The position numbers and the translations under genes are program-made. Source: an uncultured delta proteobacterium (GTDB taxonomy: Bacteria; Desulfobacterota; Binatia; UBA9968). From it: 64,000 nt of DNA. The notes under the pieces are model-generated. The model did not search any database, was not told the origin of the DNA, and saw only the letters and a program-made list of their open reading frames with translations. How positions within the stretch are numbered: position 1 is the first letter of the stretch; every line of letters starts with the position of its first letter. Below are positions 53,924 to 64,000 of the stretch, piece after piece. Location of the stretch: contig CAVSHR010000012.1 of the NCBI GenBank assembly GCA_963727625.1, positions 448,001-512,000 on the forward strand, written 5' to 3'.

Positions 53924-54871
53924 ATGGATCTTAATCTTCATCAGTTGGAAATTTTTCTCTGTGTTGCGCGCGAGCGGAGCTTCTCGAAAGCAGCGGCGTA
54001 TTTACATATAAGTCAACCGTCGGTATCCATACAAATCAAGAAACTTGAGGATTCCCTACAGGTAAAACTCTTCGAGCGGTTGGGACGACAGATTTATTTG
54101 ACACGCGAGGGAGCAGCAGTTCTCAGCCATGTGACGCAATTAGCCGATATTATCTCCAATCTCGAGGGCGACCTTAAAGACCTCAAAGGCATTGGACAAG
54201 GGCAGCTTTCGGCAGGATGCAGCAGAGTTCCGAGCGCAACGCTGGTTCCATTGGCGGTGGCGGAGTTTAAAGAGCACTATCCCCAAACGGAAATCTCGAT
54301 CAAGACCGGCCGTCCTTACGAGATCGAGCAATGGATTTTGTCCAACGCTGTTGATTTCGGCGTCACTGAAGGAGACCCCTCTTCTTCACTTGTATTGAAG
54401 GAACCCTGGTATGAGGATGAACTTGTCTTGGTTTTGTCGCGACGATCGCATTTGCTCAAGAAACACCAATTGACATTGAAAGAAGTGGTCGAGGAGCCCT
54501 TCCTGCTTCAAGCTCCGTGGGGGCAGCCGACATTTATCGAAAGGGTATTCGCCCAAAAGGGGATTACGATCAAAAAGCCGGTTACACTCGGCTCTAGAGA
54601 AGCCGTTAAAGCAGGAATCGCGGCGGGATACGGAGTCTCGTTGTTGCCAAAGACGGTGATCGAGATCGAATTAAAGGCCGGAACACTCAAGATGAAAAAA
54701 ATTCGCGATTTCGACGTCACCTATCCAATGAACATCGTCTATCATCGAGACAAGCAGCTCTCGATTTACGCCAGGACATTTCTGGAGATTCTGAGAAAAC
54801 AAAGCATAAGATTACGCGAGGCGCACCTTTCGTATTCCGCTCACAAAGAAAAATCTCGACTGTCTTCGTGA
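53924..54871 (+). CDS. LysR family regulator (CysL/CbbR-like)
   Basis: SFSKAA..LHISQPSVSIQIKKLE..LFERLGR; divergent from the CoA-transferase operon. Confidence 0.93.
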   Translation: MDLNLHQLEIFLCVARERSFSKAAAYLHISQPSVSIQIKKLEDSLQVKLFERLGRQIYLTREGAAVLSHVTQLADIISNLEGDLKDLKGIGQGQLSAGCSRVPSATLVPLAVAEFKEHYPQTEISIKTGRPYEIEQWILSNAVDFGVTEGDPSSSLVLKEPWYEDELVLVLSRRSHLLKKHQLTLKEVVEEPFLLQAPWGQPTFIERVFAQKGITIKKPVTLGSREAVKAGIAAGYGVSLLPKTVIEIELKAGTLKMKKIRDFDVTYPMNIVYHRDKQLSIYARTFLEILRKQSIRLREAHLSYSAHKEKSRLSS

Positions 54872-55122
54872 TTCATTTTTGGTAAGTATTTTCCCCGGCT
54901 TTGAAGCGAATTCCGGGTGTTACAAATACTCAGAGTTTCTTGAATCGCATAGAGTATTAACTATATGAGCGATAAAAATTATCAATTTGTCGCGATAGTC
55001 CGTCCTAGTATAGGGTCGCGCTGTGAATAGCGTTGTGTTTGTCCGGCTCTTGCCTTCGGCGCGGTATTACTATTCCCCGAGGAAATCATGGCGTACGAGT
55101 TTAGCATAGCGATAAAAAACAC

Positions 55123-56283
55123 ATGACCGATCTGAAAAACAAGTGCGCCATCGTCGGAATTGGCGAGACTGCCGTGGGAAAGCTTCCCGCGACGAGCAGC
55201 ATGGGCATTCAACTCGAGGCCATTCGTTGGGCGCTTAAAGATGCCCAGCTTCGGCCGGTGGACGTCGACGGTCTCCTCGCAATCCAACCGGCTGACGATC
55301 CACGCCGCTCGTACGCGCTGTCGATCGCACAGGCGGCGGGCATTCGTCCTAATTACGCGACCGATCTTGCGTTGGGCGGCGCGACTCCAGTTGCGATGGT
55401 CGCGCATGCGGTGATGGCGATTGTGGCCGGTCTCTGTAAAACCGTCGTGTGTGTTTTGGGCCATAAGCAAGCCACCGGACGTCTGGGGGACAGACGGGGA
55501 CGACTCCGTGATGGACTGGAAGACTTTGAAGAGCCGTTTGGGCTGTTGGGAGCTCCCGCGATACATGCCGCGGTGGCCGCTCGCCACATGCATGAGTATG
55601 GGACCACGAGCGAACAACTGGCGGCGGTGGCTGTGGCGGCCCGCCGCCATGCCAGTGTGAATGCTAACGCTTCCATGCGCCAGCCGATCACGGTCAAGGA
55701 CGTTCTTGAATCGCGCTGGATCGTTAAGCCATTTCATCTTCTGGACTGCTGCTTGGTTTCTGACGGCGGTGGCGCGGTTGTTGTCACATCAAGCGAACGT
55801 GCTGGCGACTTCCCGCAGCGCCCGGTCTACATTCGAGGTTTCGGCGAGGGACATACACAGGGGCCGCTGGAATCACCGACGTTGACAACCCTCGGTGGTA
55901 AGCACTCTTCGACAGTAGCCTACAGGATGGCCGAGGTTGGCCCAAAAGACATAGATTTTGCGGAGCTCTATGACTGCTTTACGGCGATTACGATCGTGAC
56001 ACTTGAGGATTATGGTTTTTGCGCTAAAGGAGAGGGCGGCCCCTGGGTCGAGAACGGGCGGATCGAGATCGGTGGCGAATTGCCGGTGAATACGCACGGC
56101 GGTCTACTATCGCAGGCCCATATTGAAGGAATGCTGCATATCACAGAGGCGGTCAAGCAGCTTCGCGGCGACTTCGTGGAAATTGAGCGGCAAGTGAAGG
56201 ACGCAAAGTTAGGTATTGTCAGCGGGCACGGAGCGAATCTCGGCGCACATGCAACATTGATCCTGAGCCGGCAGTTTAACTGA
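55123..56283 (+). CDS. Thiolase-fold protein (SCP2/Ltp2-like, nucleophilic Cys absent)
   Basis: AIVGIGET, LDCCLVSDGG, ELYDCF, NTHGGLLS, EAVKQLRG. LGGAT at the nucleophile position. Confidence 0.9.
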   Translation: MTDLKNKCAIVGIGETAVGKLPATSSMGIQLEAIRWALKDAQLRPVDVDGLLAIQPADDPRRSYALSIAQAAGIRPNYATDLALGGATPVAMVAHAVMAIVAGLCKTVVCVLGHKQATGRLGDRRGRLRDGLEDFEEPFGLLGAPAIHAAVAARHMHEYGTTSEQLAAVAVAARRHASVNANASMRQPITVKDVLESRWIVKPFHLLDCCLVSDGGGAVVVTSSERAGDFPQRPVYIRGFGEGHTQGPLESPTLTTLGGKHSSTVAYRMAEVGPKDIDFAELYDCFTAITIVTLEDYGFCAKGEGGPWVENGRIEIGGELPVNTHGGLLSQAHIEGMLHITEAVKQLRGDFVEIERQVKDAKLGIVSGHGANLGAHATLILSRQFN

Positions 56284-56311
56284 GACGAAGGATTTAAAGA
56301 ACTCGTGATCT

Positions 56312-56719
56312 ATGGGTGATTACCTAAAGCCACTGCCGGCGCTCGATATCGACAGTCGGCTTTTCTGGGAAAGTTGCAAGAAGCATCAAATGGCGCTACA
56401 GCAATGCCTCTCGTGTAAACAATTCCGCTATCCGCCGCGACCCCTATGCCCTCAGTGTCACTCGCCGGAGGCGCAATGGACTCCCATCACTGGCAGGGGC
56501 CAAGTCTATGTGGCGCTCCTGATGTGCCGCAGCTATGGGCCCGCATGGGAGCACGATGTGCCGTACAATATTTCCTTAATTGATCTGGACGAGGGAGTAA
56601 GGGTCTGGAGCAATGTCATCGGCTCTCCCGCTCAAGATGTCAATATCGGCGATCATGTCGCGATCAGCTACGAGGATGTGACCGATGAGATAACTTTGCC
56701 CAAATTTCGTAAAGTCTGA
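56312..56719 (+). CDS. DUF35 Zn-ribbon/OB-fold protein
   Basis: FWE..QQCLSC..YPPRPLCPQC, GRGQVY, PY..LIDLDEG, LPKF. Confidence 0.9.
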   Translation: MGDYLKPLPALDIDSRLFWESCKKHQMALQQCLSCKQFRYPPRPLCPQCHSPEAQWTPITGRGQVYVALLMCRSYGPAWEHDVPYNISLIDLDEGVRVWSNVIGSPAQDVNIGDHVAISYEDVTDEITLPKFRKV

Positions 56720-56743
56720 TCTGCATTCGAAAGGAGACTGACA

Positions 56744-57846
56744 ATGGCTATTTGTGTATCGCACGGCGGCACCACTACTTACTCGTCGCAGGCGCCATCG
56801 TCCGAGTTATTCGTCGGAACAGTCAATGGGGTAATGATGCTGCGAAAAGGCAGTGACGGGCGCTGGAGTTGTCACGCAAAAGCTCTGGAGGGCATGCATG
56901 TTCATGCGCTTGTCATTGAGCCGACGAGCGGATTTATCTTTGCCGGTATTCACAAAGGATCTGTCTATGTTAGTAAAGACCAGGGCCTGACCTGGGGGAA
57001 GCAGGATAACGGAATAGCCCAGAACGATATCTATTGCCTCGCGACTGCCATCGTCGATGGCAAAGGGAGGCTTTACGCAGGTACCGAACCGGCTCATTTC
57101 TATCAAAGTGACGATTTGGGTGAGAGCTGGAATGAAATTAAATCGCTGCGCTCCGTTCCTAGCGTGTCCAAATGGACTTTTCCGGCACCTCCTCATATTG
57201 CGCACGTCAAAAATATCGCCCTCCATCCGGGGAATACCCAAAAGATATATGTATGCATTGAACAAGGCGGTCTATTGACAAGCGACGACGGCGGTTCCAC
57301 TTGGGAAGAGCTCCATGGTTTTGATACGGATTTAAAGTTCGATCTCCCGGAAGGCGCATTTGCCGACGATATTCATCGGGTTCTCATTCCTCCAACCGAT
57401 CCGAGCTTTACCTATATTTCCAGCGGTATTGGACTCTGTTGCAGTCCGAACCAAGGAAAAAGTTGGGAGCATCTCACAACGCCGCAAACGAGAATTGGCT
57501 ATCCCGATGCGCTGCTACTGCATCCACGCCGGCCTTCCCTTATGTTTGCCGCCGGTGCACGGGAGAATCCTCGCGCTTGGCGTACGACCCACGACGCGGA
57601 TTCAACAATCGCCCGAAGCAGAGACCGGGGAAAAAGCTGGGAGTCCCTAGAGGAGGCGCTTCCGGGACACCTGCGGGGCAATATCGAAGCCATGGCTATG
57701 GAAGTGTGCGAAAACTCTTTTTCTTTATTCGCGCAACGACGGACGGAGAAATCCTGTATAGCGATGACGAGGGCGATAAATGGTCGACAATTGTTAAAGG
57801 AATACCGGCTATATCTAAAAACGGCCATTATTTGAGACTACGGTAG
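56744..57846 (+). CDS. BNR/Asp-box beta-propeller protein (one frameshift near 57732)
   Basis: Asp boxes SKDQGLTW, SDDLGESW, SDDGGSTW, SRDRGKSW, and SDDEGDKW in a shifted frame. No signal peptide. Confidence 0.8.
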
Positions 57847-57911
57847 TGCACAGGGGCGCCGCAGCGTAAACGTCGAACTTAACCGTTAACTCCAAGGTAT
57901 TTGGAGTGGAA

Positions 57912-58060
57912 ATGGACATGAAACACTGAGCCAGCGGTTTAGAATCGGAGAAGCCACCAAACTTATCTACAGGTTGCTACATCGATACACGAATCTATAC
58001 GGATCAGAAGGTCTTTGACGAGGAGCGGCGTAAGATTTTTACCAAAGTATGGAATTTACG
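57912..58060 (+). pseudogene. N-terminal remnant of Rieske ring-hydroxylating oxygenase alpha subunit
   Basis: GGAG RBS, then MDMKH*ASG...YIDTRIYTDQKVFDEERRKIFTKVW. Ends before the Rieske motif. Confidence 0.6.
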
Positions 58061-58740
58061 GCCGAATCGGGCTGCCACCCTTGGAAGCGGCCTGCCGTGC
58101 CGGCTATGGCAACCGGAACGAAGGGGTAAACACAGGTTCTTTAGACCGTGATGCCGCCTCCATCCAGAAATACCGAACTCACGGGTTACGATAAATCGCA
58201 TTCTCAGACGAAACAGATTAATGACGGTATAAAATTGTCCGGCTCGAGTGGTTAACGATAACAAAGTCACCCCCGGCAACTTTTCGGACCAATATCACGT
58301 GAACTTATGCCTCCACCCGGAAAGCAACAGCCAAGCGATGCCAAAGAGGAACTCATGTCATAGAATATGATTTTGCTCCGGGCATGCACAGGTGAGAATC
58401 CGAGGCGGACTAAACGTTACAAACGCCCTACCGGAATCTACACCCAAAGAGTGTTGCCGGTCTAACAATGCAGTCGCGGGGTTTTCTCCGGTAAGCAGCA
58501 ATCTGATTACCGTCCAATAGCCGAAGAAATTATTACCTCGCTGCGCGCCTGGGGCGACACCCGCTTCGGCGACTGCCAAGGAAGCAAACTGAACGAAGAA
58601 TAAACCGGCGCGCAGCGACGATTTCAATGACGAATTTGACCGCGACTGGTGATCGTTTAAGGCTTTAGAGCCAATCATTGCAAGTCGGACGAAGTTGGTA
58701 AGCTCAACATTTTAAAGACGGTAAATTCGAGCGGGCGCAA

Positions 58741-60522
58741 TCAGTTCTGTTGGATACCGTAACGGCGCGCGAAGAGATAATAAACCAGCGCGATAGAAAC
58801 CAAGATCGCCGTCCAGAGCACGCCAAAAGCGGCCAGCTCGCCGATTTGAGCGTTCTCCCAGAGCTCGAAAATTGCCACGGAGACGACCGGTGTCTTCGGG
58901 CTGACCAGCAAGACCGACATGGAGAGTTCTTTGGCGGACAAAAGAAAAATAAACACCCAGCCGCCGATAAACGACGGTGTGATGAGCGGCACGATGATCC
59001 GGCGCATGCAGTTCGACCATGACGCCCCCGAGGTGTAAGCCGCTTCTTCCAACTCCTTATGGAGCTGCAACAAACCGGAATGGGTGTAGCGGATACCGTA
59101 AGGAATGTAACGCGTCACAAAGGCGATGAGCAAAATCCACAACGTGCCGTAAACCGGAATCGGCACGAACAGATAGAAGCGCAGGATCGCCAGCCCCATG
59201 ACGATGCCGGGAAACAGCAACGGCAGCGTCGTCAGCAAATCGAGCAACCAGCGGCCGCGCAGCTTCGTCCGCACCAAAAGCCAGGATGCGAATAGGGTCA
59301 GCAGCATCACCGCGCTGGCACTGCCAAGGCCGAGAAGAATGCTGTTCTTAATGGAATCGGTAATCTTCGGATAATACAGTGCCGTAATGTAATTTTTTAA
59401 GGTAAAGCGAGAGAGCGCCTCGAAGGACGGCTGGATATAAAATGGCAACAACGACGCCCAGAGAATGATTAGAAAGGGTAGCACCAAGAGCACCGTGGCA
59501 TAGATCAGCAAAGCTAAAGTTGCCAGGTAGCGCCAGCGGCCGAGAGAAATCACCGTCGGTCGATAACCCTTGCCCGTGACGGTTTGAAACCGCTCCCCTT
59601 CGCGAGTCACGCGAAAATAAAAATACAACGTGCCGGCCACCACGAACATGAGCAGCACGGAAAACGCTCCAGCACTGCCGTATTGTGCCGGCATTTTTTG
59701 CGCATCGATGTAAATCGACGTCGTAAGCACGCGCACGTCGCCCGGAAGTCCCACCAAGGCGGGAATCTCGAAGGACTCGAAAGAACGAATAAAAATCAAC
59801 AGCACCACCGAGAAGAATGCGGGCAGCATCAAACGGAGCGACACCCGGCGCATGGTCTGCCAGAGCCGCGCGCCGCACGCCGACGACGCTTCCTCGAGCG
59901 ATGGATCCATCGAGCGAAACGCCGCGGCCAGCATCAGAAAGACGAACGGCGACCATAGTAGCGACTCGATGAGAATCATTCCGAATAATGAATATACGTT
60001 GATGACCGGAGTGGATTGATTGAGCCATATCTTGAGCCAGTAGTTGACCGGTCCGGCCCGGCCGAGAAGCAAGAGCCAACCGATCGTATAAAGGATGAAC
60101 GGCGTGCCGAAGGAAGCGAAGGCGGTAAAATAACCCAGGCCGCGCAGCGGCGCGTTCGTGCGCGTGACGATCCACGCGATGGCGCCGCCGAGCGCGGTTG
60201 CCAGCAGGGCGCTGCCGATCGAAAAGTAAACCGTGTTGAGAAAGGGGCCAAGGACCCGCAGCTCGGTTAGGAGATCTCTATAGTAACGAAAAGTAAACTG
60301 ATCGATCTCGCCGGTGAGCTTGGTCGTAAACAGGCTGGTTTGAATGACCGAATAGAGCGGCGGCAGCACCAGATAGGCGGTGACGAGCGAGACTCCGACC
60401 ATCAGACCCGTTGCGCTGTCGAATCGGCGCAGCCAGGAAACGCCGAGCAACCCGCGCGCCGCACTTGCGGCGCCCGACTTTGGTGAAAAGCCGTAGGTCT
60501 GCGATGACGTTTGTTTGGCCAC
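58741..60522 (-). CDS. ABC permease, fused double domain (FbpB-like)
   Basis: DPSLEEAS, FEIPALVG, TVTGKGYRP, ELEEAAYTSGA. Confidence 0.9.
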   Translation of the reverse strand: MAKQTSSQTYGFSPKSGAASAARGLLGVSWLRRFDSATGLMVGVSLVTAYLVLPPLYSVIQTSLFTTKLTGEIDQFTFRYYRDLLTELRVLGPFLNTVYFSIGSALLATALGGAIAWIVTRTNAPLRGLGYFTAFASFGTPFILYTIGWLLLLGRAGPVNYWLKIWLNQSTPVINVYSLFGMILIESLLWSPFVFLMLAAAFRSMDPSLEEASSACGARLWQTMRRVSLRLMLPAFFSVVLLIFIRSFESFEIPALVGLPGDVRVLTTSIYIDAQKMPAQYGSAGAFSVLLMFVVAGTLYFYFRVTREGERFQTVTGKGYRPTVISLGRWRYLATLALLIYATVLLVLPFLIILWASLLPFYIQPSFEALSRFTLKNYITALYYPKITDSIKNSILLGLGSASAVMLLTLFASWLLVRTKLRGRWLLDLLTTLPLLFPGIVMGLAILRFYLFVPIPVYGTLWILLIAFVTRYIPYGIRYTHSGLLQLHKELEEAAYTSGASWSNCMRRIIVPLITPSFIGGWVFIFLLSAKELSMSVLLVSPKTPVVSVAIFELWENAQIGELAAFGVLWTAILVSIALVYYLFARRYGIQQN

Positions 60523-60537
60523 GGCGGTCGACCGCCA

Positions 60538-61632
60538 CTATTTCACAAAGACTTTGTTGAAGTAGTCTACCCACTCGTTGCCCTTGTCGTACTGGATGTC
60601 CGGGTTGATATAGTCGGCGCGTTTGAAACGGCCGCCACCGGGTTTCAGGTCGGCCTGCTTGGCGGGCACCTTCGGATGAGCCGGCAAATAGTTCGATTGT
60701 TGGAAAACTTTCTGTCCCTTCTCGGACATAACGAAATCGAGCAGCAACATCGCCGCGTGCGGATGCGGCGAATACTTCGCCAGGGCGATGGTTTGAATTG
60801 TCGCGGTCACCGGTTCCTGAGGCTGCCAATCCACCGGAGCGCCGGCGGATTGGCTGATATAAGCGTGATGATTGAAAATATGCAGCGCGAGCGGATACTC
60901 GCCGGCAATCGTCATGTCCAAGATCTGCCGGTTGCTGGCCGTACTTTTGGCAATGTTTTGCGTCTTTAATTTCTGCAAATAGGCTTTGCCCGCTTCTTCG
61001 CCCATCGCATGAAGAATCGTGCCGATAAAGATCGGCGCTCCGGAACCGCGGCTGGTGGACCAAATCATCTGTCCCTTCCAGCGCGGGTTGAGAAGATCTT
61101 CGTAGGTTTTCGGCACTTCGTTGGGCTTTACCATCCCGGTGTTATAACCGGTGGCGAAAAAGTACAAGTTCGTCGAGCCCCAGAACCCTTTCGGATCCTT
61201 AAGCTTGGCAGGGTATTCAGCCAAAAACGGCGAATAAAACCGCTGCAGATAACCCGCGCGCCGAACCATGGTCGGCGATACGGTGCCATCGATGATATCG
61301 ACATCGTATCGTTTGGCCTGATATTCAGAGAGCATTTTCTGCACGACGCGCGAAGAATTGCCGCGGAAAAACTCGACTTGAAGGAACGGGTATTCCTTCT
61401 CGAACGCCGCTTTGACAGGACGCACCACCTGATTGACGATGAGTGTAGTGTACCAAGAAACTTTACCTTCTTTCTTGGCGCCTTCGACGAGGAGTTTCTG
61501 GCGATCGGCACGGTTCATGAGTGCAATCTCTTCGACGCTCGCAGCGCCGGCGAACTGACTTAACCCCATCGTAGCCGCCACCGCAACAACCACAGCGAAA
61601 CGCAAAACTCCCCAGCGATTGAGCATCGTCAT
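60538..61632 (-). CDS. ABC substrate-binding protein (FbpA/AfuA-like cluster)
   Basis: Signal peptide, GAKKEGKVSWY, YEDLLNPRWKG, PHPHAAML. Confidence 0.88.
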   Translation of the reverse strand: MTMLNRWGVLRFAVVVAVAATMGLSQFAGAASVEEIALMNRADRQKLLVEGAKKEGKVSWYTTLIVNQVVRPVKAAFEKEYPFLQVEFFRGNSSRVVQKMLSEYQAKRYDVDIIDGTVSPTMVRRAGYLQRFYSPFLAEYPAKLKDPKGFWGSTNLYFFATGYNTGMVKPNEVPKTYEDLLNPRWKGQMIWSTSRGSGAPIFIGTILHAMGEEAGKAYLQKLKTQNIAKSTASNRQILDMTIAGEYPLALHIFNHHAYISQSAGAPVDWQPQEPVTATIQTIALAKYSPHPHAAMLLLDFVMSEKGQKVFQQSNYLPAHPKVPAKQADLKPGGGRFKRADYINPDIQYDKGNEWVDYFNKVFVK

Positions 61633-61819
61633 AAAATCGTCTCCTTAGGTATTGAAATGACCCTGCGCTGCTAATCGAAAGTTATTCTGAGACCCCTTGG
61701 CTTGTCAAGGCAAAACCGTGGCGCGTATCGCCCCTTGTCAGCGCGAATCCTTCGAATAAATTTGTGCCAAATGTTTCTTTCTTATGGATCGATCGTTTCG
61801 AATCACAAGGCCGCCGGCT

Positions 61820-62827
61820 TCACTGCCAAAGTTTTTTGATGAAACCGCTCTTTTCCAGCTCATTCATGTAGCTCGTGTCCATGAATTCGCCCGGCCGCCG
61901 GCCCCTGGCCTTCGGGTTGCTCTCACCGATAAGCTGAAGCGCATTCTGCGCGGCTTTGACGGTGAGCGTGGGTACTTTCTTGATATACTTGGAGACGAAC
62001 AGATCGTAAGTTGCGGCGAGCAGCTCCTGATCTTGAATCCCGCCGTATTTTTTTAGCGCCCTGATCCCCATTGCCCGGTCGGTGAGCAGCCGGTACGTCC
62101 CTTCAAGGTAAGCTTTCATGTAGCGCAGCACCAGATCGTGATGCGCGCTGGCGTAAGCGCGACTTACCGCAATGGTCGTCGTCGGCACTTCGATGCCCGA
62201 CTCGGACAAATCGTAAAGCGATTTAAGACCCAATTTCTCGGCAAAAAACGACGACGGAAAGGACAGCATGCCGGCAGCGATCCGCTTTTGCTGAATCGCC
62301 GGGACAATATCGGAAAGCCGGCCAATCTGCACGATGGTCACGTCTTTATTCGGCTCCAGCTTCCAGTGCTCCAGGACCGGCCGAAGCGCCAGGTCCGTGA
62401 GCGAGCCGAAGCGAGTCACGCCGATCGACTTATCCTTGAGGTCCGCGGGTCCGGAGATGCTTGGATGGGCGATGACTTTCATCAGATGGCTTTCGATGGA
62501 ATTTGCCAACAGGATCAGATCCGACCCGTTCACCGAGGATTGTAGGGTAACGATTCCAGACGTGCTGGTAAAATCCAGCTGCCCGGCGGTATGCACCTTC
62601 ACCATCTGCACGCCTTGCACGTAAATCAGCTCGGCGTCCAGTCCGTACTTCTCGAATAGCCCCGCTTCTTTGGTTACGAAGAGCGGATACATGCTCGCGC
62701 TCGGCGACGGATAACCGACGCGGATCTTGGTTAAACCCGCCGACACCGCTCGGGCTCTCGGCAGTTGAACGACGCCCAAGCCAAACAGCAGCACCCATAC
62801 TAAAAAATGAATTCGCCGGATAACCAT
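61820..62827 (-). CDS. NMT1/THI5/SsuA-like ABC substrate-binding protein
   Basis: Signal peptide, KEAGLFEKYGLD, DLKDKSIGVTRFGS, ELEKSGFIKKLW. Confidence 0.88.
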   Translation of the reverse strand: MVIRRIHFLVWVLLFGLGVVQLPRARAVSAGLTKIRVGYPSPSASMYPLFVTKEAGLFEKYGLDAELIYVQGVQMVKVHTAGQLDFTSTSGIVTLQSSVNGSDLILLANSIESHLMKVIAHPSISGPADLKDKSIGVTRFGSLTDLALRPVLEHWKLEPNKDVTIVQIGRLSDIVPAIQQKRIAAGMLSFPSSFFAEKLGLKSLYDLSESGIEVPTTTIAVSRAYASAHHDLVLRYMKAYLEGTYRLLTDRAMGIRALKKYGGIQDQELLAATYDLFVSKYIKKVPTLTVKAAQNALQLIGESNPKARGRRPGEFMDTSYMNELEKSGFIKKLWQ

Positions 62828-62983
62828 GCGAACCTCCTCACCGTCATAAGCTCCTCAGCGATAACCTGAGAACGCCTGCTCTCTTAACAACTTAGCGAGG
62901 CTGACGCAAACGTCGAATCGCCGCTGCCGTCGACTTGACAGGCACTGTCGCCGCAGATAGAGCATCGGTTGAGAAATCGATCG

Positions 62984-64000
62984 ATGATTACACGCCTTGT
63001 CGTCCAACACCGAGAGCCATTCGCCGACGGTCATGAGTTTCCGATTACCGGAGCCTATGAGAAGCTGATCGGCAAGATTTACGGTGAAGTCGATCCGACG
63101 AACCGGCTGAATAAAATCATCGTGAATCTCGACAAGGCGCGGCGTAACCGGCGCCGCAGAGTCGAATATTCGAGTGACTTTTGCGTTTTGAAACCCGTGG
63201 ACATGGCACGCGGCAACGGCAAGCTTTTTTTCGACGCGCCCAATCGCGGGAGTAAACGGATTCTGAGTTTTCTCAACGACGCGCCTGCTACGAACGACCC
63301 GAGCACGTTGGCACACGCCGGCAACGGCTTTCTCATGCGCCGTGGCTATACCATAGTCTGGTGCGGCTGGCAGGGCGATTTGATGCCGATCAAAAACTGG
63401 CTGGTGATGCACGTCCCAACGGCAACGAACCATGGTAAACCGATCATCAGTCGAGTCCGAACTGAAATCGTCGTCGATGAGCCCGGTGTCAAATCGCAGC
63501 CGCTCAGCGGCGACGATCGCGTTAAGAGTTACGCCGCCGCGTCGCGCGACAAGTCGCTAGCGAGCCTCACCGTGCGCGAGAAGTCCTACGGCGCGCGCGT
63601 TTCAGTTCCGCCCTCCGAGTGGGAATTTGCCGTCTGCGCCAAGAAGGAGCGAAGCGGCGAGGAGACCGTCAAACCGAACGCGAATCAACTCTACCTCCGC
63701 TCCGGTTTTAAGCCGGGGTATATTTATGAATTTATTTATTCGGCGAAAAATCCGCTCGTGCTCGGGCTGGGCTTCGCGGTCGCGCGCGATCTGATTTCAT
63801 TCCTGCGCTATGCGGCTAAAGATCGCGCCGGGAAACCGAATCCCTTGACATCAGGCAAAAGGTTGAGCGGCATCACACACGCGTATGCCTGGGGACGCTC
63901 GCAAAGCGGGCGATACCTTAGAGATTTCATTTACCATGGTTTCAATGAAGACGAAGCGCATCGAAAAGTGTTCGACGCGGCCGCGCCCCATGTCGCCGGC
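62984..64000 (+). CDS. Alpha/beta hydrolase domain-containing protein (5' part; runs off window)
   Basis: Manual translation: MITRLVVQHREPFADG..GAYEKL..GEVDP..VEYSSDF..PNRG..GWQGD..GLGFAVARDLISFLRY..WGRSQSGRYL (GxSxxG nucleophile elbow). Confidence 0.85.
   Translation, partial: MITRLVVQHREPFADGHEFPITGAYEKLIGKIYGEVDPTNRLNKIIVNLDKARRNRRRRVEYSSDFCVLKPVDMARGNGKLFFDAPNRGSKRILSFLNDAPATNDPSTLAHAGNGFLMRRGYTIVWCGWQGDLMPIKNWLVMHVPTATNHGKPIISRVRTEIVVDEPGVKSQPLSGDDRVKSYAAASRDKSLASLTVREKSYGARVSVPPSEWEFAVCAKKERSGEETVKPNANQLYLRSGFKPGYIYEFIYSAKNPLVLGLGFAVARDLISFLRYAAKDRAGKPNPLTSGKRLSGITHAYAWGRSQSGRYLRDFIYHGFNEDEAHRKVFDAAAPHVAG

Larger units (their letters stand above)
34309..58740. mobile_element. Putative degraded genomic island carrying catabolic genes
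   Basis: Recombinase remnant at left, truncated Rieske gene and non-coding DNA at right, visibly more A/T-rich sequence and long spacers. No att repeats found. Confidence 0.55.

Noticed and set aside
57927-57929. In-frame TGA as possible selenocysteine (also the TGA in the phosphatase remnant near 32465)
   Set aside because: Not at a Cys-equivalent catalytic position, no SECIS-like hairpin seen, and both genes are otherwise truncated.
58060-58740. ORFs 58004..58279 and 58358..58678
   Set aside because: No recognisable domain; looks like decayed sequence at the island edge.

Overview
The window has three parts. (1) 1-32 kb is GC-rich core chromosome, mostly on the minus strand. It carries a near-complete dcw cluster (mraZ, an inserted STAS gene, rsmH, ftsL, ftsI, murE, murF, mraY, murD, ftsW, murG, murC, murB, ftsQ, ftsA, and the 5' part of ftsZ; no ddl). 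It also has a Zn-ribbon protein/RNase HI/RNase P RNA (rnpB) unit preceded by a 14-codon uORF and terminator, plus an M48 peptidase, FAD oxidase, mgtE, EamA, rhomboid, livHMGF, AsmA and YihY. (2) About 32-58.7 kb is a visibly less GC-rich accessory region, bounded by gene remnants: a decayed large serine recombinase on the left and a truncated Rieske oxygenase on the right. It encodes an apparent catabolic system: a LigAB-like dioxygenase lacking the catalytic His, three periplasmic-binding-fold proteins without signal peptides, two tandem paralogous ABC importers, a Rid protein, two CoA-transferases, two MaoC-type subunits, LysR, a Cys-less thiolase with DUF35, and a BNR propeller. (3) 58.7-64 kb returns to core-like composition, with SBP/permease genes and a partial alpha/beta-hydrolase-domain gene. 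Many single-base frameshifts (rnhA, 46-52.4 kb, 57.7 kb) look like long-read consensus errors. The gene content suggests a deltaproteobacterial (Binatota-like) genome; this is inference only. All calls come from motif recognition by eye, and no searches were run.
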